Assembly: GCF_026571515.1 (NCBI RefSeq)
Contig: NW_026859403.1
Location: 1 to 64,000, forward strand
Direction: 5' to 3'
Length of the DNA: 64,000 nt
Origin: Ruditapes philippinarum
Taxonomy: Eukaryota
The notes under the pieces are model-generated. The model ran no database searches. It was not told the origin of the DNA and saw only the letters and a list, made by a program, of their open reading frames with translations. Both the position numbers and the translations under genes were made by a program. Within the stretch, counting starts at the first letter, position 1. Every line of letters starts with the position of its first letter. Below, one piece after another: positions 37,921 through 50,600 of the stretch.

Positions 37921-38101
37921 TCAGATAAATTGTTCAGTATGCTCAAGTTAAAAAATCATTGAAAATTATGAGTTTGTATCGTATGGTCTTTTCGATATTT
38001 CATAAAATGATTGGTAATGTAATTTAAATATTATGATTGTTATTCTAAATACATTTTCGTACAAAGGAATCTCTTAAGTTTATAAGAACATCTTTACAGC
38101 A

Positions 38102-38539
38102 TCACGTGTCACTATGGATACTCCTGTTTGGAAGCATGTATTCCTCTGACATCAAATCTTCAAAGTTGTTTTTAGGTCTAGGTGTTCGGTTATTATTTTT
38201 CATACTTTCCTCCATTTGAAGCTCGTATCGCAAACGCGGAAATATCATATGTATCTTTTGATAGATTTCTTCATCTGACGCTGATGTCGTCTGTTTCCTC
38301 TGAAAACAACTGTTTAAAGCCAAACGCAGTCCAGTTCTAAATTTAGGACTCATCCAAAGATAAATGATTGGATTGTAACAACTGTTGCTCATCGAGAGCC
38401 AATGGAAACACAACCATAATATCGGTATATATTTATTGTTGTAGATCTTCGGGTTATGATCACCGACAAGTGTTATTGTATGAAGTGGTAACCAACACAG
38501 GGCGTAAAATATCACTACGGTGACCATCATCTTTATCAT
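38102..38539 (-). CDS. Same GPCR, coding exon 2 (TM6, TM7, C-tail)
   Basis: Acceptor tttgtttcAG|ATG at 38540/38539 joins in phase to give KKK-MIKMMVTVV. TM6 CWLP and TM7 HWLSMSNSCYNPIIYLWM are typical of RYamide/luqin/tachykinin-type receptors. Stop codon at 38102-38104. Intron 38540..41616 (~3.08 kb). Confidence 0.93.
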   Translation of the reverse strand: MIKMMVTVVIFYALCWLPLHTITLVGDHNPKIYNNKYIPILWLCFHWLSMSNSCYNPIIYLWMSPKFRTGLRLALNSCFQRKQTTSASDEEIYQKIHMIFPRLRYELQMEESMKNNNRTPRPKNNFEDLMSEEYMLPNRSIHSDT

Positions 38540-41500
38540 CTGAAACAAATAAAGTGAAACAATGTTATAGTTACACTTTAGTCATGATGGTATGATAAAA
38601 GTTTATCTAAGTCCAACGCAAACATTTTTATGATACCAAAGACAGTGTACAAATGTTTCTAATAATATACCAGATGGTATTAATGTTCCAGCAACAAGAC
38701 CATACTCCAGCACACCAGAAGGTACGTTTACACAAATGGTATAAACATATCGAAATTAAATTAATTGAGACAAAGTAAATAAAAATTTATGTTACCAGAA
38801 ACAAAAGATATATTTTGAATAAAAACATGTGTAACAATAAAATATTTCTGACGTCAATTACAAAGCCAGAGTCAATCAATAATAAAACGATTTGGCACAT
38901 TTAATAGATGATAGAACCAATTTAAAAAAAAGAAACAAGAATAGCGAATACATCTATGTTTGACAATATTATTAAAAATATTATTATTATTATAGTTTAG
39001 CTTGAGTAAATCAACCTCAATAATCACTCTCTGTTACAATATTTACGCCATACAAGTTGGTCATAATAACACTAGATTAAAAATTGAAAAAAAAACTTAT
39101 TTATATAACTCATATACCTAAACTCGAGACATTGTTATTTCTCAGAAGATTGTTTTATCTCATGAATTTCAATTATCATGAAAGTCGGCATCGCAAACAT
39201 TTGTGACAAATGCAGTTTAGTTTTGTTTTTGCAGGTATATTAAAAATTTTGGCAATTGTATATTTGATTGATTCAACTAGATATTTCTATATTTTCCTTT
39301 TTCAGTAGTGATTTCATTAAGCAGGCTAAAATGTGTAAACTACCGAACAATTTACCGCTGATCTCTTCTAAGGTGACGTGCTGGATTCTAAATACATCAT
39401 GTTCTATACATCAGGTTCTATAATCGTTGCAGTGTATTGCATAATGTTACTCAAGGAGCATGACGTATATATAAGCTTCATGAATATTTTCCAAGAAATA
39501 AGGGCTTAACCTTTAGCAAAAATTTCAGTTCATCTTCAAACGTAAGGGTATTGAATATGTATTGTTTTATGTGCATTTCATTTTTATCATTCACTAGTTA
39601 GATGTGGAATATGATTGTGTTGAGTAATTTTATTGGGCAAAATACTTCAGTGATAATCAGAATTGTTCTTCTTTTACTCAAAGTGGTAATAAAACATATT
39701 GACATACATTAGTTGTTGATTTTGCATTTACATTCTATATAATTATGTTTAGTTTTTCATAAGTAGTTATAATTATGATTATTTTGATTACTTTGCAATA
39801 CTAAATCATTGCCATCATCTTTTGTAAACAAAGTTATTGTTGTTTAATAAACTTTTTCATGGATCACTATCTATTTTTGGAATAGTTATGTAAACAAATT
39901 ACATGCTTTATACATTTGTTTAGTTAGTTCTGGTTGGCTGTACTTTGAAGGCCAATCAGAAGAAATGTTACATACAGTGCCACCTGTATGTTTATGTAAT
40001 GTAAGTCTGTGATTCAAAGTTCATGTAACCAGGCATCTCAGGAAATTTTGACATTCTGCTGGTAATTTTGGAAGAATTAACATCTCTAAAGCACTTTAGG
40101 ATTAATTAATTAATTGTTGAATCTATTTAGACACTTTGGGTTGTAAATGAACCTTAGAGATTATCTTAATTCACTGAAACATTTTTCTGTAATTTTAGCA
40201 TTTTTGTACAAAAGTAACTAAGATTAATTTATATTCTTGTTTCTTAGTGGCAGTCATCTTGAATTATAAGATTTTTAATCTTGTTAGTACAACTTGCATT
40301 GCTACTGTTTAGTTTTATTTGTTTAATAGTAAAGGCTCATTATGGTTACTTTTCAAAGTTTCAGTTAATTATAACATTTTCAACTGGTTCAACTCTTTAA
40401 TTCAATATTATTTTCAATAATAATGTGTTTTGATTAAGTTTATTATTAAAATACATTTGTTAACCTTTGATGTTAGGGAAAACCTTAAATACGATTAATA
40501 AGTAAATGTTTGTTTTACATACCATCAATGTTATAATACTTAATCGGTCGATTACTTCATAAGAAAAGTTTATTTGCTATACTATAGCGCTGACAAACAC
40601 ATGGCTTAAACACGTTATGAAATAATTAAACAACTAGGTATACTTCTTGCTATGTTTTATTCTAGTTTTTTTACTGACATGTTTATTGAACCCTGTGACA
40701 GATTGCTGTCTCTTATCAATTAAAAATAAATGTGAAATGTTAAATTTTATAGATTAACATATTTTCAATTGTTTTCATCCTCAAATACCTTTGTTTGTAG
40801 CCGCCGCATAAACAAGACGCCTATCAATTGTGTTGTTCATTCGGAATTCTATGAAAAGATCATGAAAGAATGCGTACATTTATTCATAATTATTGAATAG
40901 ATAAGTGATCATAGCATTTGAAATGATTTTTAAAGCCCTTTAGTCATTTTGTACATGGAGGAATATATAAATAAAAGATTGTAGGAACTTGATATTATAG
41001 CATGTAGTTGCGAGAATCTCTATTTTACCTTTGTTCAATCCCCACAAAAACACATTACAGTAACAAAACAACTGTTTTTATGATTCGCCGCTTTTTTATT
41101 GAGACATATTCACTATCTATATTACAATTACTAATTACAATTTTAATCATATTTTTATTGTGGACATATTCTGAAGCAGAAGGTCAATGAGTTTATTTGT
41201 CACTTTACATTGTCAGTTATAAGAAATAATCACTTACAATCATATTTTTGTTTTATTACACACCTCTTCCCTCTTCCAATACATAAATAATATTTAAATA
41301 GGATGGCTTTCCTTTGGTTTTGGTTAGTAATCAGTTAGTATTTACATCAATGGTAGAAGACTGTCTTCAGAATAAATAAGTAAAAACAGTTGTAAAATAA
41401 CCTTATTGGATTTTAACATATTTTTTATAGAAAAATCGGCACATGATTTGTTTTCGGTTAAATAAAAAATAAAATATGAAGCACACATTTCATTAAAATA

Positions 41501-41616
41501 CAATACATATAACAATATAAAGTCAATTTATAACACATGCTTGTGCTTCTAAACTTCGTATATTTGCCAAATTACGACTGAGTGAAAAAGCACTTATACT
41601 AATACATCTTTCTTAC

Positions 41617-42333
41617 CTTTTTCTTAGCAGTAGCTAATTGAAGTTTCCTTTTATTTCTATCTGCACCTTGAATATTTTTTATCCATATGTTGTATCCAAT
41701 TTTAGAATAAGAAAACAATAAAAGTGTCAATGGTCCAAAATAATGTAAAATCATAAGTGACAACCCATATGTGTATTGTCCAGTGTTATTTTCCCAAGTT
41801 TCTAAGCATTGTCCACTTGTATTTGAATGATATATTACACGTGATTTTAAAAACGTTGGTAACGGAATTGCAAACGAAATAATCCATATTCCAATTATAG
41901 TTAAAGCAGTTTGTTTTTGCGTGATTCTGGGTTTAAATGGATGAACAATTACAATATATCTATCAATGCTCATGGCGACAAGGGTATAGGAACTCAAAAA
42001 CACTGCAACAACCTGTATATAAAGAACAATTGGGCACATTGTCTCCCCAAATGGCCAGTAGTTGAGAATAAGATTGGCAATAAACGTAAATGGAATGCAA
42101 AATAAGGCCATAATGATATCACTGATAGCAAGGTTAACTATGAAGTAGTTCGGCACGGTATGCATACGTTTGTAAGCATACACTAGATAACAAACTATAC
42201 TGTTGCCACCTACAGCTATAATTGTTACAACAGAATACATAACAATTATTAACACTTGTACATATTCCGAAATTTGAAATGCTTCGTCAGAAGCTTGCGT
42301 AGAGTTCCTTCCAATTTTATACTCTTCTGACAT
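41617..42333 (-). CDS. Class A (rhodopsin-like) neuropeptide GPCR, luqin/RYamide-receptor-like; coding exon 1 (N-terminus to ICL3, TM1-TM5)
   Basis: First in-frame ATG is at 42333 (MSEEYK; the ORF track starts at an upstream GTG). Motifs: N-glycosylation site NST, TM1 GNSIV, TM2 YFIVNLAISD, ECL1 WPFG with TM3 Cys, SIDRYIVIVHP, TM4 W...LP, ECL2 Cys (QCLETW), TM5 HYFGPL. The exon ends KKK at a canonical donor AAG|GTAAG (intron begins 41616), phase 0. An upstream non-coding or short coding exon cannot be excluded. Confidence 0.93.
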
Positions 42334-44730
42334 CTTATATGCACATACTTGAGTAGTTGTTTTTGTATTAATCACATTGCCATCCTTAGAATGCACATGT
42401 AATTATAAATAATATGAATTTCTATAACACCATTGATATCTTTATATTATAGTTGACAATAATTTAATCTTAAATCCAATATATTTCTTGTATATATGCT
42501 CATAACATAAACAATTATATCCAAAATTATTTCAATTCTTGAACAGTCGATACAATATTTAGATATTTTATAGCGCTGAGTTATTTATTCCATTCAGATC
42601 AAACAGTACAATGATGCGCGTTACGGTAAATCCAATAGAGGGAATCTGTTCAGCAAATGCTCAAATATCTGTTAACAGGCGGTATTCAAGGCAGCAGAAT
42701 AAATACACAGTGTTGAAAGAGGATCACGTATATACGTACTCCTACAAGTTTTACATTGCGATAATGTTTTGGCACAATTCTATGATTAATATTTTAGCAT
42801 ATCATACGAAATACAGAGATATATTGTTATAATATTTATCTCACAATAGAAATGCGAAATACAGTAATAGTCAAAATTGCAATGTAAGCCAGAAAATGCA
42901 TTATTTTACCATTTTTATCAGTTTAAACAATTATATTAAAAACAATTTAATCCGATATGCATTCCAAAGATATAAAAAATAAAACTGTTTGATAACCAGA
43001 ACATTAGATGCTCCAGTCAATACATACTTGATTTAAGCTCCTAATTGACATGTCTTGTTCGCTTAATGGGGATTTAAACTATTGACTTTCAGCATTTAAT
43101 GTTAATACTTTTGCTCAGCATGCTTAATAATCCCCTTCATTTAAAGGAAGAATATGGAGAAATATTGAGAAATGAATAGTTGTAAATCAGAGAACTAGAA
43201 TATTGCACAGCGGAATCGATAAAAAAGAACACAAACAAATGACCATGCATACAAAACATAATCAAGTCAGACATGCCAAGCTCATTGCAATTCAAGCAAT
43301 AATGTAAATTCCATAATCGTTTTCTACGGTAATCCTACAGAGAAGACCGACCTTTCTTTAAAGAGGTGGGGACTTTTGCGTGAGAATGAATATTTGCGTG
43401 TTTTTAATGGCCCATTCCGTATTATTCAACCTGATTTGTTTTTGTATCCAAAACATGAATAGTTGAAACATGTTCTTGTGCAATGAGTACGTATGAATGT
43501 TTTAATGTAAACACTTGAGGTAAAAGAACAAGTTCATTGGGTATTACGAATTAAGGGTAAGGCTAATATAAAATTAATTGCAGTTGTTTTATCCATATTA
43601 CATATGATTATAATTGCCCGGCGGTAAGTTGCAATCATTGTTATCCAGGTGTATTATAACATGATTAATATAGCGGCTGTACCTAGTGCCTTATTGTGAG
43701 ATTATGATTATATTGTATTCTTGAAACACGCTTTGAATTATAATCAAGGCATAAAAGGACGCCAAAATGAACTAATATCAACGAACACAATTTGACAATT
43801 TAGGAGCTGTAGTCATTCTGCAAAACATAAAATTTTTTTTCCCTACATCCAATAACAAAAACAAACTAAGAAATTTCCGTTTTTTCTATATGTGTATATA
43901 CAACAACGTAAAACCCTCAAAACAAACAAAACAAAACGAGACTATTTTAATGATACAAACAGATGTAGGTTTTTGTCCCAGGTAAATCATTTCATTGTAA
44001 TGTTGATCAGCTTTGGCATACTAACATGTCAAGTATGTATGTTACCTCATCAACGAGTGCTATTCATTTTGTTTACCTCTACTTTATGTCATGATCAAAA
44101 GACAATGTCAAATCAAGGTTAAGGTAAAGTGCGAAAATATTTAGCAAGTTACATTTATAAAAATGAGAATAAAAGTAAATATAATCTAAAGGAAAAGAAG
44201 AAGAAAAAAGCAAACATTCAAAAACCAACAAGCCGATTTGAATTTGATTTGAATGAATATCTATAATATTAATATATCCTTAAAAAGGATATTTAAGTAT
44301 GATTATTGCAGAGTAATGATTATTTTAGTATTGTAACGGTAAATAAATCATTGTTCATGTAGAAATAATATTTTCAGCCAGTCTCACTTTACATTTTGTA
44401 GGTTTCTTTGGGGACTTATATCATTAATAAAAAATAATACTTAATTCATAGAAATAGAAAACATGGCCTTTACAATCATTATAATTTATCATATATGTCA
44501 CAGGGTCATTTGTCATTATATATACATGTATATACTTTACCATTATTATATCCAATATGATATATAGTGCATTTCTTATAAATATATTCTTCCTTATCCA
44601 TCCACCCTTCATCTCATATTTACTCCCATAACCTCATAATATCATTCATCATATGTCATACACTAACTATAGTAACTGGTGACGGGCCTCATTTTCCCGC
44701 TCATGATTTACCGCCACGCATGCGCACGGC

Positions 44731-45011
44731 AGATTTGAATTACAGTTGTAGACGTGAGAACGAAACTTCTGACTTTCTTGTTTATTTATTTATTTTGCTG
44801 TCTCTGTGTGTTTTACAGGTAATTTACTTATATAAGTGTATTGATATATATTCATTTTTCATTTTCTCATTCATCGTTTGTTTCATGATTTTGACGGTTT
44901 TGTATATTTATGAAATGCACTGAAGATTTGAATTACAGTTGTATACGTGAGAACGAAACTTCTGACTTTCTTGTTTATTTATTAATTTTGCTGTCTCTGT
45001 GTGTTTTACAG
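44731..45011. repeat. 88-bp direct repeat, period 193
   Basis: agatttgaattacagttgta...gtgtgttttacag at 44731-44818 and 44924-45011. Confidence 0.9.
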
Positions 45012-47404
45012 TCTCAATCACAAGAGAGAACTTTATAAAACCCTTCGACCAATATAGAAGGTAACATATACATTTAATTGCTATATATATTTGAAAGCCA
45101 ACTTCCCACCAATTTGCTAACATTTGACTTTCTTAATTGTAATGTTTAAAACAAATAAGATGGACTTTTCATTCCATATGATAGTAAACAAAAGGAACAG
45201 TAAAAATTATTACTATATTTAGCCTAAAACATTACAATAAGAAAAGCATTAACGTTTAGACAATTTTACATTTGATTGTTTTAATTTTGTTTGATGCTAC
45301 TTAACATATAGTTCCAACACATTTTCATCAGTGATGTTAATGAATCAAATTGCGACATAATTTAACAAAGTAACCAGCTTATGACTCTTCTTAGGTATAT
45401 CGGTATGTATGAATATATATATTTGCATTTGCAATCTTTTGTTCATCAATTATAGCTGACGAGAGATAGCCTCTTCAAAATCGAACTAAAGAGATATGTA
45501 AAATGTAACATTTTCCATGTTTTCTTTTACTTCACCATGTACTTAATAGTAATAGTATTGCAAATTGAAAAGTAAGTTCAAATTTGTTTGTGCTTTGGTT
45601 TCAGAAATGTGAAACTGGGTATTTAAATAATAATAATGCAATATAAAGTTCATGCACAGAAATAAATCCATGCTAAAAGTATGCAAAAACGAGTGTCGGT
45701 CGAACATGTATGAACATGCAATTCCATTCATAAAACTGAAGTTTTTATTCATCGACAAAACATATTACATTAATCAAATGAAGACAAAACAAAACTAAAC
45801 AACAACAACAAATCAAACAGAAAAAAACTGTAGGTCTTTGCTCTAATGAGCCGAAACAATACAAAACGTGTAATATTTATGAGGAAAACTTGTCAGAGGA
45901 AGCACTAATGATGTAGGCCGACTTGATATAAATGTGGTTGTTAACCCTGACTCTTGATATAACCAATTCACACTTAATAAACATACGTTAAATGAAGCAA
46001 ATAAGTTAAGTTATTGATATTTTACAAAAGGATCATGTATATGGCAATCAAAAATTTGAATAAGAATGATAAATAATTTACATTACCACCGGCCCATTGT
46101 ACTTTTAAGTCACCTTAAGCATATTCATTTCTATACATATTACAATATTGTAATTATATTAACTGTCACAGACTCATACAAAAGGGGTGTTCAGTCACTG
46201 AAATAAATATTAAGCCCAGAGATAGTTTAAGCTTAAGGTTAGAATAGAGTGTCCTATCATAAAAACATATTTTTACGATTAAATAAATTTTTTTTTACTT
46301 AGTAAGCGTTAACAAGATATTTAGCTGTTTTTTTAATAAAATGTTTATGACCAGATATTTCGTTTTATTAAAATCGTTCATAATTTTGAAAAATTTGACA
46401 CTGAAAGTGTTTACTCTAATATAGACGTACATGTAAAATGAATTTTTGATTAAAAATGCACTTTAACATTTTGATCATCACAAAATAAAGAAGTTCTCTT
46501 AATTGGTGATTTACTGACATAACGCCCCATCTGGACCATTATTAACTGAAAAATGCAGTACCCTAATTTGGCTATCTATGACCTGTCAATCTTACTGAAA
46601 AATATCTGTTCTGTAAAAAATATTTAGACAGTTACAAAGGTTCGTAATTTTAACACTTGAAGTACATCCGTTTTCCAAATATTGGCATAATGTTCAATTA
46701 TTTAGGTATTAATGGTTTTAGAACTGACAGTGGATTTGTTTTTTTTATCTTACTGACCAAGTTCAATTGTAACATATCTGTTTGAACGATACTACACCAA
46801 ATATTTCGACACTTGATGAAATCAATGTAAAAGACACGTTTTATTATCACTAGATAATTTTAGTATATTCTTATACCATTACAACAATATCTAACGGCGA
46901 TAATTGCTTTGAAGTCTACCAAATCTCATGTAATTGCTAGTTTAGGACGCATAGATGATAGACTTTAGCACAATTTTGTATAATTATAATATTTTAAATG
47001 GTAATGTGAGAATTACAATAGTCTGAAATTGGTACCAATAATGATTCAGAACGTTTTGTAAATGATGTAGATTCAAGATCTTTTTAGTTTTGCATTTTGG
47101 AGATAATGTTTTACAGAACACGACCTGCACCTTTTGCTTGCTCTTTACAGTGAAATGAATAATCTTCCTTGTCATTGAAAAATAAGGCCAAGATACCTAC
47201 ATCGATCTATTGTTTTTAGGGTATTGTCAAAAGATGGAAATTATAGGCAGTTTGTACAGCATGGGTTTTCAACAATGTATGCACCATATTTTTGTTGTTT
47301 ATAAGCACGCGACATTTCTACCAACAATATTAGATGTAGAACGTTTAATATGATATATGACTTTTCCTTGCTCTCCAGCGATGTCCCCTGTTTATAATTT
47401 TGTT

Positions 47405-47600
47405 ATCATAACAGCAAGCATGTGATGGCGTGTGTCGGCCGTAAAAAGTTGCTCCGTACTTTGTCTCACTGTTGTTGTATTTCTTTGATATTTTCTGATC
47501 ATTGATACTTATATATTTAGTGTTAAGAGTTGAAAACCGCTTAAGTCGGAGATAGGGGTGTGAGGGGTGTGACAGGTATTGCACATTAGAACAGACTCAA
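47405..47600 (+). mobile_element. Diverged family Y copy
   Basis: ggccgtaaaaagttgctccgtactt...gatcattgat...gcttaagtcggagataggggtgtgagggg...acagactcaa. A reversed Y 3' end also lies at ~48152-48205. Confidence 0.55.
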
Positions 47601-50600
47601 AGAAATAAAATATAATATTGTCACCTGTATTTTCAGTAACTGTTGATTGACGTATAAATATCATTCGCGTACAAACAAATAGACAGGTCAAGATTAGGTT
47701 TTTGGCAAATATCGACCACAAATTGTCTTCCTGTCTTAGTCAATTGACATATGAGAACCATTCTGTTTATTGCTGATAATTATATGAACACATGCTCTAA
47801 ATTAAGCATGACATATTAAATTTTACCGTCTATATACATTGTAATTGAGAAGTAGATTATAAACATCGATTTTTTATCGATAAAGTCAGAGCAATACCAT
47901 AGGTCGACGTACTCTGTGAAGAGGTTATTTAACGAACTATGTTATTTAACACGAAAACATGATCCTCAATGATCAATTTTCCAGTAACCCCTTTATTCAT
48001 CGGCTAATATGTCGATATTGATTTGCTCTCAACACTTTGTCCAATGAACTGCACTGTTTACTAAGCTCGGAAAATGGCCATTGGCAAACGTGTATCTGAT
48101 TGGAAGTCGTTTTGACATTGGGTAAATATTTTTTGCCAGGAATATAGTATAAATATCTGGAAAAAAGCGACCCCTCGGAAGCATTAAAAAAAGCAAAATT
48201 GCATATTATAAAAAATATTTTATCTATGCAATTCACTAAAGCAGAAAAATTCACAATTTTGAATGGTAGTAATAAAAATATATGCGGTTTAAGCTAATTA
48301 TTTCATGATTATATCATTTATGATGCAAAGGATATACAACATTATCAACTATTTGGTACATGCATTTTTGTTCTATTTATATTCAACAGATTTGTTTCGT
48401 AATATGCATTACAGATTTTATTATTTTGTCATAAACATGAAGCAGCATTCCATCAGATTTAACACTTTCAGTGGCGGTTATAACCTCATCATAGTTACGA
48501 TGTAATTCAATACAAATTAACGCAGATGAAACAATAGAGTTTCTGATATTCCTCAAACTTATAGACTTTCTAAAATGCATTTCATTAGAAATAAAGACTT
48601 TTTCAAATAATATTGTTTTCCATGAGAACATGTTAAAATACATTAATTGGGCTTCTGGTCCAGTTCATTATTGCATATATAAGTCTCCTGCGATTTATAT
48701 CTGATAGGGAAACGTGTGTTCTTTTGTCTTCAGAAACGCCTGCGGGTGCCTTTTGTTTACGTTGTTTGTAATATCTTATAAAACAGATAATACTAGGTTG
48801 TTGGTAATGATTTTTACATTATCATTTCAGTAACAGATATGTCAGGCAACAATATTTGTGTTTGTATTGATGAAAATTAATATATACTCTAAGTTGATAA
48901 GGTAATGTCATATTAAATTGTTTAAACTCAGGAAATTTTTGTACAACACAAATCATTTGGCAAATTGTTGTGTTATTTTCCCAGTCAAGATACCTGGCAA
49001 TATTTGCAGACCTGCCATTTGCTTTATTTATTTTACAAATGAAATATACATGCTATTTTAATTATTGTTTGTGAATATGTATTTATATCAAATCCTGAGT
49101 CAAACATTTATGATTATTTATATATAATTATTTTTATTTTGCCCAACATTTAGCGAGTGAGAATTCAGAAACATAAGGAAACAAACATAATGAAATATAG
49201 TACATGTAAACAGTCAAAACAAAGAAATATTGTAAAAAAGCAAAACAAATGATATCATTTTAATGTGCATATATTATTGACTGGTGTAGAGCAAGATTTT
49301 TTCTTTGACACAGCATATGAGGAAGATAACATGATGTACAGCTTTGAGCATAAGAAGAAAATTCATTACAATATAAAATATTTCTATTCGTATATGAAAG
49401 GGTAATACAAAGTGTAAAATTAAGAAAAAATTCCGCACTATTTACAAAATCTTTATTTGAATGATTGTATTCAAAAATATACAAACGGGACGAAATAATT
49501 CGTTTATAATCAATTATATCAATTAATTATGCCTTTGATTTTATAACTTTCTGTTCGTAATAAAACTGGTCATCCCTGGTATAACAGTTGTAAAAATAAA
49601 TTTGTTTTTTAACATCGGATGAAAAAACACTCGAGCTTTTTGTCGACATTTTATATTATGAAAGCCGTGGAATAATTTGAATAACATCATTTAAATTAAT
49701 GAGCAATGATGAATATTTATGAATACAGAAGATATTGTTCAGTAGTAAAGTAATCAACATTTCTCCTCTTAAATAATTGCAATATTTCATCTTCCGGAAA
49801 GCAAGTAGTGTGTATGATAATTCAAATTGCAATAATAAAGGCAGCAGATTTGTTTCAATAGCACTTGTAATGTATTCTGATGTTTTTGCCTTTTATCTGC
49901 TCGGTATAAAATCTCAAATTTAAAAGGAATACTTCGGGGGAAGATAAAGCTCAGGGACATTTTCATTACAATAGTTTTATTAAGTCATTAAATTAAAATG
50001 GCAAATTGCTAGGAATAATTATGGTTTGGAGAATATAAATAAGTTCCGAAAAATCAACGATTAAAAGTATCACTTAAGATAGCATAATTTATTTCATATA
50101 CGTACATGCCTTTCGCTGTTGCCCTTTTGTGAAAAAAAATTCGTTCAAAATGGCTTTACATTCGCGAAATTTTGTTCTGACATTTTACTGAGAATGACAA
50201 TAAACGTGTTATCGGAATAAAAAATGCTTCAGTGTCTTTGCACAATCATTGTGCTATAATGACTATTATTTACCAAGATGCAATAAATGAAACGAAATGC
50301 TGCATAAATGAGTTTATTATTGGCATAAAGCCGTGATATATGATGAATCACCTTTCACCCATGGAATGTTTTACACAATTTTGACTGAATTTCATATAAT
50401 TAGTCAATTTAGTATTTCTAGATAATCAAATATGAACCAAGGTCGATGGTAAAAATTGTATGCGTTAATATATTTCTATCCGCCTGAGAAAAAACAAGCT
50501 TATCCTTAATCTGCATGTATGTGTAGTAAACGTATTATTAAAACTATCGCGAATACACACTTACTTTAAAATAAAATCACGTATAAATCTTCTTTTACGT

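Noticed and set aside
41599-41616. C-terminal VRKMY* of the 265-aa ORF
   Set aside because: It is intron read-through past the GTAAG donor.
42334-42396. Extended GPCR N-terminus from the ORF track (MHSKDG...)
   Set aside because: It starts at GTG. The first in-frame ATG is at 42333 unless an upstream exon exists.
45841-45860. Hammerhead-like CTAATGAG-CC-GAAA (paralogue CTGAAGAG-CC-GAA at ~59020)
   Set aside because: There is no room for stem II and no supporting stems I and III.
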